Of a DNA stretch of 64,000 nt, positions 39,118 through 48,003 are shown one piece after another; position 1 is the first letter of the stretch, and each line of letters starts with the position of its first letter. Source of the stretch: Pseudomonadales bacterium (lineage in GTDB: Bacteria > Pseudomonadota > Gammaproteobacteria > Pseudomonadales > JAHEIH01); the NCBI GenBank assembly GCA_035458985.1, contig DATHYR010000011.1:23491-87490 (forward strand), in the 5' to 3' direction. The translations under genes were made by a program, and so were the position numbers. The notes under the pieces are model-generated. The model was not told the DNA's origin. It searched no databases and saw nothing but the letters and a program-made list of their open reading frames with translations.

Positions 39118-40254
39118 ATGTCCTTACTTCCCGAAACCCCCATTGCTATTCCGCCTTCTTTAGCTGCCACGCTTGGCTTAGAAGAAGCGGCATTGTTAGT
39201 GGTTCTTCAGGAATGTATGCGCCACAGCGACCTTCAACAGCAACAACAACGGGACTGGCTAACCATTAGCCGTGACCGCTTATTGAGCCTCGTGCCCTTT
39301 TGGACAGACGCGGACGTGCAACGGGTGCTACAAAACCTTCGTGACAAGGGCGTCATTCACGTCGACTCACCCCCCTTCACACAAGCTAATTTCTTGCGCG
39401 TTGCGTTTGATATTCCCAGTCGCATGCCACCAACCCCAGCCCCCTCTGTGAACATAAATCATGTGCCAGCCAATCAGGGCATCGGAGGCAGCCGCCTGAT
39501 CCCGCCTAACTGGCAACCGCCAGACAGCATTCTGCAAACACTAAAACAATTTAATGGTATTGATATAGCCTTTGCAGAATCTCAAGTGGCCCCCTTTGTT
39601 GTCTACTGGACTGAAAAGCGGGCAACAGCGGCGTCGTGGAGCAACAAATTCCGCTCATGGGTGTTGCGTGAATGGCGCGATAGAGAATCAGACTATTTAA
39701 AACCCAGCAACGACATTCCTATGCCGATGTACCGAGAATGGCAACCTTCGCGGGATGCGCTTGAGATTCTCAACAAGTCTGGTATTAGCCAAGCCTTCAT
39801 CGAAGATTGCGTTCCAGAATTTGTGCTCTACTGGCAAGAGCGCGGGGAAGCCTTAAAAACCTGGAATACTAAGTTTATTCAGCATATTCGAAACCAGTGG
39901 GAACGCTATACGAATGCCACACGCTTTGATAGCGAACCGCGTCGCATCGACGCGCAATGGCAGCCTAGCAACGATGTCTACGATGTACTGACCTTTGCAA
40001 ACATCGATATCGACTTTGCACGCCAACTCGTGCCAGAATTCGTCATGTACTGGCGCGAGAGTAATCGCGTGCAATCGTCATGGAACAGCAAATTCTTACA
40101 GCATGTTAAATATCGCTGGGCTCAGCGGCACCACATGCCAAACGCACTGAGTACGGGACAGCAACATGAAAAGCATCGATCATTTGGCCAACGAGGCGAA
40201 CAAAAGTCTGACATCATCGAGCGACTTGTCGACCGAAGCTGGGCCCAAAGCTAG
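39118..40254 (+). CDS. Winged-helix-like N-domain + three DnaT-like repeats; candidate lambda-O-derived replication protein (DopC-like)
   Basis: Three ~65-aa repeats (39499..40131) share W-Q-P...F-x-x-Y-W...(S/T)-W-(N/S)-x-K-F...W. Confidence 0.6.
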   Translation: MSLLPETPIAIPPSLAATLGLEEAALLVVLQECMRHSDLQQQQQRDWLTISRDRLLSLVPFWTDADVQRVLQNLRDKGVIHVDSPPFTQANFLRVAFDIPSRMPPTPAPSVNINHVPANQGIGGSRLIPPNWQPPDSILQTLKQFNGIDIAFAESQVAPFVVYWTEKRATAASWSNKFRSWVLREWRDRESDYLKPSNDIPMPMYREWQPSRDALEILNKSGISQAFIEDCVPEFVLYWQERGEALKTWNTKFIQHIRNQWERYTNATRFDSEPRRIDAQWQPSNDVYDVLTFANIDIDFARQLVPEFVMYWRESNRVQSSWNSKFLQHVKYRWAQRHHMPNALSTGQQHEKHRSFGQRGEQKSDIIERLVDRSWAQS

Positions 40255-40831
40255 CCGCCCCGTCTATAGTGATGACCTGATTGATGCTATCAATACCGTT
40301 TTCACTCAGTTTGAAGTGGCCTTCCCCAACTTATACAACCGCGCCTACAGTAGCGACAACGCCATCATGCTGGCAAAGCAGCTATGGGCGAATTCACTCC
40401 AAGAATTCAGTGGTGAACAAATTTTACGCGCCTGCCAGAAGGCCATTGAATCGTCTGATTTCATCCCAACCATCCACAATGTGCTCAGCCATTGTCGACA
40501 AGACCTGAGCAGTTACGGCCTTCCTTCACCGCGCGACGCCTATATTGAAGCTTGCAACGCCAGCGAGCCGCGGGCGGAATTCTCATGGAGCCACCCAGCG
40601 GTGTATTTTGCCGGTCGAGACGCTGGCTGGTTTTTTCTATCGAGTAATATCGAGAGCAAGGCCATGCCCGTGTTTGAAGCGGCTTATCGCAAAGTCTGCG
40701 ACCGTGTCTTGGCAGGAGAAAAATTAGCCATGCCCAACGCGCAGCGACTGCCAAGTGAAACAGCGACGCCTTTAAGCGCCGAGGAAAAAGTGCAGCGCAT
40801 GGCTGCGCTGCGCAAAGAGATAGGACTGTAA
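40166..40831 (+). CDS. Phage-lambda-P-like replication (helicase loader-type) protein (DopE-like)
   Basis: INTVFTQFEVAFPNLYNRAY..AKQLWANSL...SDFIPTIHNVLSHC parallels lambda P IINGVFSQLLATFPASLANRD..RRQWVLAF...RPFLPSPGQFVAWC (recalled from memory). The ATG at 40166 overlaps the upstream gene by 89 nt. Confidence 0.6.
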   Translation: MKSIDHLANEANKSLTSSSDLSTEAGPKASRPVYSDDLIDAINTVFTQFEVAFPNLYNRAYSSDNAIMLAKQLWANSLQEFSGEQILRACQKAIESSDFIPTIHNVLSHCRQDLSSYGLPSPRDAYIEACNASEPRAEFSWSHPAVYFAGRDAGWFFLSSNIESKAMPVFEAAYRKVCDRVLAGEKLAMPNAQRLPSETATPLSAEEKVQRMAALRKEIGL

Positions 40832-40832
40832 A

Positions 40833-41390
40833 TTATGCCGCCATCAAAAACTGATCCATTTTGTCTTGAATCGTGTGCTGCACATCACTAATTTGAAAAC
40901 TTGAAAGCCGCTTCAGCTCATTCACACGCAAGCGGTGTAAATGAATAATTGGCAATTTATTACCAAACTGGCGCAGATCAGTATTTTTTAATACCGGCAA
41001 AAAAGGCTCATCTTTAGGCATTTGTTGCGCAATTTTACGCAGCCCCTGTGCCAACGGAGATACGCGTAACTTACCATCAATACGCTGACCTAATACCAAC
41101 CCCTCTTTCCCGACACACTCACCAGGCATAATGTAAAGACCCGTTTTCACCACGGCCTCTTCAGTGATCGCTTGAAAAATATCATGAAATGCATACGGAT
41201 CGGGAAGCACCACCAAGCGACTGTAATCTTCACTCATGGGGGTGATTTCATAATTGGCATAGAGTTGGTGAACACTGCTAGAAAACACACACAGCGCTTG
41301 CTCAAAACGTTTCAGAAAATTGACGGCTTTTTCACGGTACTCAAAACCATTCAAATTCCAAATCATATCAGGGGCTACATCGGTATACAT
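40833..41390 (-). CDS. Hypothetical protein (185 aa)
   Basis: Long ORF with no overlapping alternative. No recognisable motif. Confidence 0.5.
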   Translation of the reverse strand: MYTDVAPDMIWNLNGFEYREKAVNFLKRFEQALCVFSSSVHQLYANYEITPMSEDYSRLVVLPDPYAFHDIFQAITEEAVVKTGLYIMPGECVGKEGLVLGQRIDGKLRVSPLAQGLRKIAQQMPKDEPFLPVLKNTDLRQFGNKLPIIHLHRLRVNELKRLSSFQISDVQHTIQDKMDQFLMAA

Positions 41391-41610
41391 GGTCTTATCC
41401 TCTCAAGGATTTCGTGAACTGTTGAGACCAATACTACGCCTTATTTATGGGCCAAAAGGTGAACCAATTCAAACAAAATCTGACATATTTCAAAATTGTG
41501 ATGTTGGTCACAGAGATAGTGCAGATGAACTCACAAGTCCAAGCAAAATGCCTCAAAATAATGGTTGCCTTCGTCATGCTGGCATACAAAAAGGGCTTTA
41601 AGGGAGAAAG

Positions 41611-41650
41611 ATTTGGTCACTATTGGTGGGATTTGGTGAGATTTGGTCAA
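41611..41650. repeat. Four tandem 10-bp units ATTTGGTCAC / TATTGGTGGG / ATTTGGTGAG / ATTTGGTCAA
   Basis: Read directly from the sequence. A fifth copy, ATGTTGGTCAC, is at 41501..41511. The last unit forms GGTCA-N5-TGACC. Confidence 0.8.
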
Positions 41651-41659
41651 ATTCTGACC

Positions 41660-43099
41660 TCAGTATTCGTCACGATACTCCATCGCCAAATTTTCGAAAC
41701 GCGTGTATTTGTTCACGAAGGCAAGCTTACACGTACCAATGGGGCCGTTACGCTGCTTACCGATAATGATTTCAGCTATACCCTTTTGATCTGTGTCTTC
41801 GTTATAGACTTCGTCACGGTAAATAAACATGATCACGTCGGCGTCCTGCTCAATCGCCCCTGATTCGCGCAAATCAGAGTTAATAGGACGTTTATTAGGA
41901 CGCTGTTCTAGACTGCGGTTTAGCTGGGACAAGGCCACAACAGGACAATTAAATTCACGGGCCACCGATTTCAACCCACGCGAAATCTCAGAAATCTCTG
42001 CTGTGCGGCCCTCTTTGAAGCCATTGATCTTCATCAGCTGTAGGTAATCCACCATCACCATGCCAATATCGCCATGCTCACGCTGTATTCTACGGAGTCG
42101 AGCGCGAATCTCCATGGGGGATAAGCCGGTTGAATCGTCGATAAACAGTGGCTTGTCTTTCATCTTGCGGACAGCCGTACTCAACTTCGGCCAATCCTCT
42201 TCGGTGAGCTTACCGGAGAAGACATGTTTTACATCAATTCTGCCGAGCGAACCGATCATACGCTTGACGATATCCTCGGCGGGCATCTCCATACTAAACA
42301 CCACGACAGGCTTAGATACCGCCAACATAGCATTTTCAACCAAGTTCATAGCGAACGTGGTTTTTCCCATCGAAGGACGACCCGCCACAATAACCAAGTT
42401 AGAGCGCTGTAGACCTGAGGTCATCTCATCGAGCCGCTCAAAACCTGTCGTAACCCCGGTAATGGCACTATCTGAATGAAAGAGCTCGTCAATTTGCGTG
42501 AGGGTTTTCTCGAGCACAGGATTAACGTACTGAGGTCCGCCTTCATTGGGGCGATCATCGCGAATGCGCAGAATGGTATTCTCGGCATTCTCAAGTAGCT
42601 CATCACTGGATTGTCCAGCGCTATCGTAGGCGCGATCAACAATATCCGACGCCGTCGCTATCAACTGTCGCAGTGTTGCCTTTTCACGCACTATATTGGC
42701 ATAGGCGCGAATATTCGCCGTGCTAGGGGTATTCTCAGCCAACACCGCCAGATAAGCCAGTCCACCAACCCTATCAAGCTCGCCTAGCACCTGGAGTTTA
42801 TCCGCCACCGTCACTACATCGATGGGTTGCTCTGCAGCCACTAAACCAGACATAGTGTCAAACAGCAGACGGTGATCTGCACGGTAAAAATCTTGGCTGC
42901 TCAGAACATCTGACACCATATCCCAAGCATTACCTTGGTCGCCAGCCGTTAGCATGAGACCACCGAGAACCGACTGCTCCGCCTCGATCGAGTGCGGGAC
43001 AATCTTCAGTGGCGTGTCAAAGCCTGCAGACAGTGACTCTTCAAACTGATCGTAGTCTGATCCTGCGTATTCTTCGTCTGGTAGTGGGATATCTTCCAT
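41660..43099 (-). CDS. dnaB: Replicative DNA helicase DnaB
   Basis: PHSIEAEQSVLGGLM, Walker A GRPSMGKTTFAMN, and SQLNRSLEQR. I chose the ATG at 43099 (MEDIPL...) over the TTG at 43114. Confidence 0.95.
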   Translation of the reverse strand: MEDIPLPDEEYAGSDYDQFEESLSAGFDTPLKIVPHSIEAEQSVLGGLMLTAGDQGNAWDMVSDVLSSQDFYRADHRLLFDTMSGLVAAEQPIDVVTVADKLQVLGELDRVGGLAYLAVLAENTPSTANIRAYANIVREKATLRQLIATASDIVDRAYDSAGQSSDELLENAENTILRIRDDRPNEGGPQYVNPVLEKTLTQIDELFHSDSAITGVTTGFERLDEMTSGLQRSNLVIVAGRPSMGKTTFAMNLVENAMLAVSKPVVVFSMEMPAEDIVKRMIGSLGRIDVKHVFSGKLTEEDWPKLSTAVRKMKDKPLFIDDSTGLSPMEIRARLRRIQREHGDIGMVMVDYLQLMKINGFKEGRTAEISEISRGLKSVAREFNCPVVALSQLNRSLEQRPNKRPINSDLRESGAIEQDADVIMFIYRDEVYNEDTDQKGIAEIIIGKQRNGPIGTCKLAFVNKYTRFENLAMEYRDEY

Positions 43100-43144
43100 G
43101 TCACCGATTAGCAAGGGAGCGTTTAAAAGAGCATCGATAATAAA

Positions 43145-43183
43145 AGAAAAAGCGAGAGGGGTAAAACCCCGTCTCGCTTTTTT
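43145..43183 (-). terminator. Rho-independent terminator after rplI (A/T runs on both sides)
   Basis: On the minus strand, AGCGAGACGGGG-tttta-CCCCTCTCGCT is followed by TTTTT. Confidence 0.75.
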
Positions 43184-43220
43184 AATCTGCGACGGATCGA
43201 ACCCGCCGAATCGCTAATGA

Positions 43221-43667
43221 TTACTCAGCAGCAATGGTCAGATTGATAACAGCAGTGACTTCGCTATGAAGCTGTACGTCAATTTCGTATTGACCCACTT
43301 CACGCAGTGCACCATTGGGCAAGCGAACTTCGCTTTTGTTTGCTTCTACACCAGCCGCAACGATCGCTTCAGCGATGTCACGCGTGCCGATAGAACCAAA
43401 CAACTTACCTTCATCGCCAGCTTTAGATGTAATCGTCACTTCTAAGCCCTGCAGTTTTTCACCGCGTGCTTTGGCAGCCGCCAAGGCTTCTGCTGAGGCT
43501 TTTTCTAACTCAGCGCGACGCGCTTCGAAATCAGCAATGTTTGCTTCGGTTGCAGGAACAGCTTTGCCAAAAGGCAACAGGTAGTTGCGGCCATAGCCAG
43601 CATTAACCTTAACTTTGTCACCCAGACCACCCAATTTACCTACTTTTTCCAGAAGAATAACTTCCAT
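43221..43667 (-). CDS. rplI: 50S ribosomal protein L9
   Basis: [36 protein letters not shown]. Confidence 0.95.
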   Translation of the reverse strand: MEVILLEKVGKLGGLGDKVKVNAGYGRNYLLPFGKAVPATEANIADFEARRAELEKASAEALAAAKARGEKLQGLEVTITSKAGDEGKLFGSIGTRDIAEAIVAAGVEANKSEVRLPNGALREVGQYEIDVQLHSEVTAVINLTIAAE

Positions 43668-43716
43668 CTTAAGTACCCTCTATGTATTTGCGCGACGTCT
43701 AATCGCGATTCTTATC

Positions 43717-44580
43717 TTACGCCGCAGTACGGTTTACGCGACGACGCACATCTATAAAACTATCAATGACCGCTAATAAGCAGATCACCCATTTAACTGG
43801 ATCAATTAACACTACACTGAAGTACAGTAACCACAGCCAACGTCGAGTGTTGTGGGCGCGATTGAACAAGTAATGCAACAACCCCAGTCCACTCATCAGT
43901 AGCGGCACCGATATCGCGGTAGCCCACAACGCGTATTCATTACCCAGCGTCAAACAGTAACCTGCAGACAACAGCAGCGCCGCTGCTGGACGGTAACTGA
44001 GCCTCAAATGGTGAAACTCTTTTGCAAAACCGCCTGGGTTGTAGAGCGTAGCTTGCCACCAACGCGCTAACAAAATACTCACTGAGGCACACAACGTATG
44101 CATCACCACCAAGCCACCGCTAATCAACTCTCTGCCAGGAGCAATAATATTTGCAGCACCTGGAGCGTCGGTTGGCAGGCCTTGGCGCCACTGCGCCACA
44201 AGCTCATCCATTACCTGCACAAGGAAGTCTAAATAAGGCGATGCAATGGTGAGCAATGCTACACCTAACAACACCCCAGTTACCGGAGCAACGATCAAGG
44301 TTAATGCCAAAGAAACAGTGTTTCGCAACACCACCGCCAGCAAAAACGCCGCTATCAAATTCGCCAGTGGCAATACCTCTGCAAGGAGATAAAGCACGGC
44401 ACCTGCCGGTAACAAAGACCACAACAGAAGGATAAGACCCTCTGACGTTCCTTTGCGCAACGTAACTAGAGCTACGACTGCCGCACCGACCCAAAAAAAC
44501 AACGACGTGCCGGTGCTTAAAACTGCGACTAACAATGCGGTCGCTCGGCGCCGCATTGCAAATTCAGCTAATGAACGCAT
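43717..44580 (-). CDS. Polytopic inner-membrane protein (DUF2232-like?) between rpsR and rplI
   Basis: Six to eight hydrophobic helices. The position matches the hypothetical membrane gene found between rpsR and rplI in pseudomonads (recalled). Confidence 0.55.
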   Translation of the reverse strand: MRSLAEFAMRRRATALLVAVLSTGTSLFFWVGAAVVALVTLRKGTSEGLILLLWSLLPAGAVLYLLAEVLPLANLIAAFLLAVVLRNTVSLALTLIVAPVTGVLLGVALLTIASPYLDFLVQVMDELVAQWRQGLPTDAPGAANIIAPGRELISGGLVVMHTLCASVSILLARWWQATLYNPGGFAKEFHHLRLSYRPAAALLLSAGYCLTLGNEYALWATAISVPLLMSGLGLLHYLFNRAHNTRRWLWLLYFSVVLIDPVKWVICLLAVIDSFIDVRRRVNRTAA

Positions 44581-44612
44581 TTAACCTCTCGGTGATACGT
44601 TCAGATCCACAC

Positions 44613-44840
44613 TTAATTGTGTGAATCAGTGTAAGGAATCAACGCCAAGTAACGCGCGCGCTTGATGGCAGTAGCCAACTGACGCTGATACTTAGCATTG
44701 GTGCCAGTAATACGACTTGGAACAATCTTGCCAGTCTCTGAAATATACGCTTTCAGAGTTTCCAAATCTTTATAATCAATTTGCTTTACGCCTTCAGCGG
44801 TAAAGCGACAGAACTTACGACGACGGAAAAAACGTGCCAT
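44613..44840 (-). CDS. rpsR: 30S ribosomal protein S18
   Basis: [47 protein letters not shown]. Confidence 0.95.
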   Translation of the reverse strand: MARFFRRRKFCRFTAEGVKQIDYKDLETLKAYISETGKIVPSRITGTNAKYQRQLATAIKRARYLALIPYTDSHN

Positions 44841-44864
44841 GTTAAATCTCCTTGACCGCTAGGG

Positions 44865-45284
44865 TTATTCTTCGTTTGCGTCTTCGTCAGCTGAATCATC
44901 AGCATCGACTTCAGCAACTGCTTCTTCACGCGATGGACGACGCTCACGACGCTCGCGGCTCTCTTTCTCACCCTTCATGATCAGCGACTCTTCGGTAACA
45001 GCATCATCCATGCGGATAACCAAGTTACGCAGTACAGCATCGTTGTAGCGGAAAGAAGAATCCAACTCAGCCATCACAGCTTCGTTCGCTTCTATGTTCA
45101 TCAGCACGTAGTGTGCCTTGTGGATTTTGTTGATTGGATAAGCCAGTTGACGGCGGCCCCAATCTTCAAGACGATGGATAGCACCACCTTCTTTAGTGAT
45201 CAATTGTGAGTAGCGCTCGATCATGCCGGGCACTTGCTCGCTCTGGTCGGGGTGGACCATAAAAACAACTTCGTAGTGACGCAT
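44865..45284 (-). CDS. rpsF: 30S ribosomal protein S6
   Basis: [25 protein letters not shown], with an acidic C-terminal tail ending ...DEDANEE. Confidence 0.95.
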   Translation of the reverse strand: MRHYEVVFMVHPDQSEQVPGMIERYSQLITKEGGAIHRLEDWGRRQLAYPINKIHKAHYVLMNIEANEAVMAELDSSFRYNDAVLRNLVIRMDDAVTEESLIMKGEKESRERRERRPSREEAVAEVDADDSADEDANEE

Positions 45285-45305
45285 TGTAGCTCCTTACGGG
45301 TTAGA

Positions 45306-45328
45306 GTCTTCCGTTTCAACGGTAAGAC
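45306..45328 (-). promoter_or_regulatory. Hairpin in the rpsF 5' leader (possible S6:S18 autoregulatory element)
   Basis: The minus strand reads GUCUUACCG-UUGAAA-CGGAAGAC (8 bp with one bulged A), about 20 nt upstream of the AAGGAG SD. Confidence 0.35.
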
Positions 45329-45499
45329 AAGGAGACCTAGAGGTAGGTTTTTGGCCTAGCCTAAAGGAATGAGGCGCGCATATTACAGATTTCATTGGGC
45401 GCTTGCAAGTCATTGCACAAATAATATGCAGAGATAAACACTGCAATCACAACGTGTTAGGGGTAAAATAACCCTCATGCCGAGCTAGGGGATCTCACC

Positions 45500-45988
45500 A
45501 TGAATAACGCTGCTATTGACGAAGTGCTTATCGCCGTTCGTCGCGTTATACGCGCCACCGACTTACAGTCCAAACACCTTGTTAAAACGACAGGGCTTAC
45601 CACACCACAACTGTTGATCCTGCAAACCATTCACTCAAATAACGACCTTAATATAGGCCAGATTGCGCGACGAATAAGCTTGAGCCAAGCCACCGTTACG
45701 ACCATTATTGATCGCCTAGAAAGTCGCCAGTTGATCGCACGTACCCGCTCTAGCAGCGATCGCCGCAAAGTTCATTTAACACTCACCGATCTCGGCCTAG
45801 ACATTCTGGATAAGGCGCCACCTGCCCTACAAGAACAATTCATTAAGCAATTTTCAAGCTTGAAAGATTGGGAACAGCACATGATTACCTCGGCCTTACA
45901 ACGCGTGGCCGAAATGATGGACGCCCAACATATTGATGCCGCCCCCTTCTTAGAAATAGGCGCGTTACATCGAAGCGGCGAGGATTAA
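45500..45988 (+). CDS. MarR family transcriptional regulator
   Basis: The winged-HTH region LTTPQLLILQTIHSNNDLNIGQIARRISLSQATVTTIIDRLESRQLIAR..DRRKV. Confidence 0.85.
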   Translation: MNNAAIDEVLIAVRRVIRATDLQSKHLVKTTGLTTPQLLILQTIHSNNDLNIGQIARRISLSQATVTTIIDRLESRQLIARTRSSSDRRKVHLTLTDLGLDILDKAPPALQEQFIKQFSSLKDWEQHMITSALQRVAEMMDAQHIDAAPFLEIGALHRSGED

Positions 45989-47995
45989 TCAATACACACT
46001 GTGCAGAAAGTGCAGATGGTTTTCATAGCGCTGCAATACATCCAGCACTAACTGCTCCTGATTCCATCCCATGACATCATAGTCCTGCCCACCTTCACTC
46101 AAATGAACCTCCGCCCTAAAATAGACATTCTCTGGCGTATCAGGATCAGTAGGCACCTCGCTCGGGGCATTAAAGCCACCATCAGGCATACGGTGATGAC
46201 GGCAGCGCACTTCATACACAAAATCCAATTCATTGCCGTGATAAACCTCAAGCCGAACGCGCTGCCCCGCTTGAATCTCATCGACCACGCGACAAGACAC
46301 ATCATTTTTCTGCAATTCACTCGCAAATTGCTGTAACGCGGGCAAGGCAACTCGCTGTTGAAACTTAAGCACTTGCTTGTCGCCAGGAAAACGTAACAGA
46401 CTCGAGAGCCGCGACTGCCAACTCACCGTGGACGCACCCACGACCACCGGTGCCACCGCAGGACTGCCAGCCTGCACTTCACGCTTAGTGTAATCAAGGT
46501 GAAGCGCCTTAAAGAACCCCCACATGGCCCACAATAATGCCAGCGAAAATGGCAGAGCACCAATGATGGAGGCGGTTTGAAGGCTAGATAACCCCCCTGC
46601 ATAGAGCAAGACAATGGTGACCATACCAATCATTACCGACCATAAAATTCGCTGAAATAGGCTGGTATCGTCCCGCCCTTTGGCAGACAACATATTCAAG
46701 ATCATTGCACCGCTATCCGCCGAGGTCACAAAAAACACCACCACCATGACCAGCGAGATCACCGAGAGCACCCGAGAGAAGGGAAACGCCTCTAAAAAAT
46801 TAAACAACGCAACGGCCTGATTGCTATACACCGTATTGCCCAACTCAGGCAAGGTGCCATCCAATATCATCGAGATGGCACTGCTACCAAACACACTCAT
46901 CCAAAACAAATTAAACGCACAGGGTACCAACATTGCCCCCACAATGAATTGACGAATCGTTCGTCCACGGGATATACGAGCAATAAACAGGCCGACAAAA
47001 GGCGCCCAAGATAACCACCACCCCCAATACAAAATAGTCCACCCTCCTAACCAAGAGGTTGGGCGATAGGCATACAGGTTGGTCGTTTTATGAATTAATT
47101 CAGACAAATAGTCACCGACATTTTGTAAGAAACTCTGCAAAATGAAGATGGTGGGACCGGCAAAGAGCACACCTAGCAGTAATAATCCCGCCAGTCCTAT
47201 ATTAATTTCAGACAGTCGCTTAATACCAGCATCTAACCCCATCACCACCGACAAGGTCGCCAAACCAATAGTGATAATAATTAATACCACCTGAACAGCC
47301 GTACTGACCTCCACGCCAAACAACACATTGAGCCCTGAATTGATCTGGACAACACCCAGACCAAGACTGGTCGCAATGCCACACAGCGTTCCCAGAATGG
47401 CAAACACATCCACCGCCGCTCCAATACGACCATAAATACGCTCACCAATGAGTGGATACAACGCCGATCGCAACGTCAGCGGCAGACCATGTCGATGACT
47501 AAAATAGCCGAGGATAAGAGCCACAATGGCATAGATGGACCATGCGTGGATGCCCCAATGGAAAAACGTCAAACGCATCGCCTCGCCTGCAGCTGCGACG
47601 GTCTGCCCCTCCCCCTGAGGTGGCTGCATAAAATGCATGACTGGCTCGGCCACACCATAGAACATCAGGCCGATACCCATACCTGCCGAGAACAACATGG
47701 CAAACCACGATACATTAGAATAGGCGGGGGTCGAGTGATCCGGACCTAGCTTAATATCACCCAAACGCGAGAAGGCTAAGAACAAGACACACACAAGAAT
47801 AATGCCCACGACCAACACGTAATACCAACTGGCGTATTTAACGATTAACGCCTGAATGCTGGAAAACATGGTCGCACTGGCCTCCGGAAAGCTTCCCGCA
47901 AAACCGATGAGCGCAATCAAAATAGCAATTGCCCCAAAGAAGACCGGACGATCAATAAAAAAACTTCCCGGGGTATAAGCGGTATCAGATCGCAT
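45989..47995 (-). CDS. BCCT family transporter with long cytoplasmic C-terminal domain (BetT-like)
   Basis: BCCT signature region WTILYWGWWLSWAPFVGLFIARISRGRTIRQF. At 668 aa it resembles choline transporter BetT. Confidence 0.85.
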   Translation of the reverse strand: MRSDTAYTPGSFFIDRPVFFGAIAILIALIGFAGSFPEASATMFSSIQALIVKYASWYYVLVVGIILVCVLFLAFSRLGDIKLGPDHSTPAYSNVSWFAMLFSAGMGIGLMFYGVAEPVMHFMQPPQGEGQTVAAAGEAMRLTFFHWGIHAWSIYAIVALILGYFSHRHGLPLTLRSALYPLIGERIYGRIGAAVDVFAILGTLCGIATSLGLGVVQINSGLNVLFGVEVSTAVQVVLIIITIGLATLSVVMGLDAGIKRLSEINIGLAGLLLLGVLFAGPTIFILQSFLQNVGDYLSELIHKTTNLYAYRPTSWLGGWTILYWGWWLSWAPFVGLFIARISRGRTIRQFIVGAMLVPCAFNLFWMSVFGSSAISMILDGTLPELGNTVYSNQAVALFNFLEAFPFSRVLSVISLVMVVVFFVTSADSGAMILNMLSAKGRDDTSLFQRILWSVMIGMVTIVLLYAGGLSSLQTASIIGALPFSLALLWAMWGFFKALHLDYTKREVQAGSPAVAPVVVGASTVSWQSRLSSLLRFPGDKQVLKFQQRVALPALQQFASELQKNDVSCRVVDEIQAGQRVRLEVYHGNELDFVYEVRCRHHRMPDGGFNAPSEVPTDPDTPENVYFRAEVHLSEGGQDYDVMGWNQEQLVLDVLQRYENHLHFLHSVY

Positions 47996-48003
47996 GCGAT
48001 TCC

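Noticed and set aside
39118-41390. Interpreting the lambda O/P-like genes as a prophage remnant or mobile island.
   Set aside because: I see no integrase, att-like repeats, tRNA, or other phage structural or regulatory genes. The flanks are core genes (radA, dnaB), and there is no obvious compositional break by eye. Domestication is more consistent, but this needs a whole-genome check.
41434-41863. Possible small genes in the dnaB-downstream spacer. These are the 138-aa plus ORF (41447..41863), the 93-aa plus ORF (41320..41601) and a 47-aa minus ORF (41577..41434, MTKATIILRHFAWTCEF...).
   Set aside because: The plus-strand ORFs run antisense into dnaB or the 185-aa gene. The 47-aa ORF has no SD and an odd composition. 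The region is better explained as regulatory DNA, given the phased repeats.
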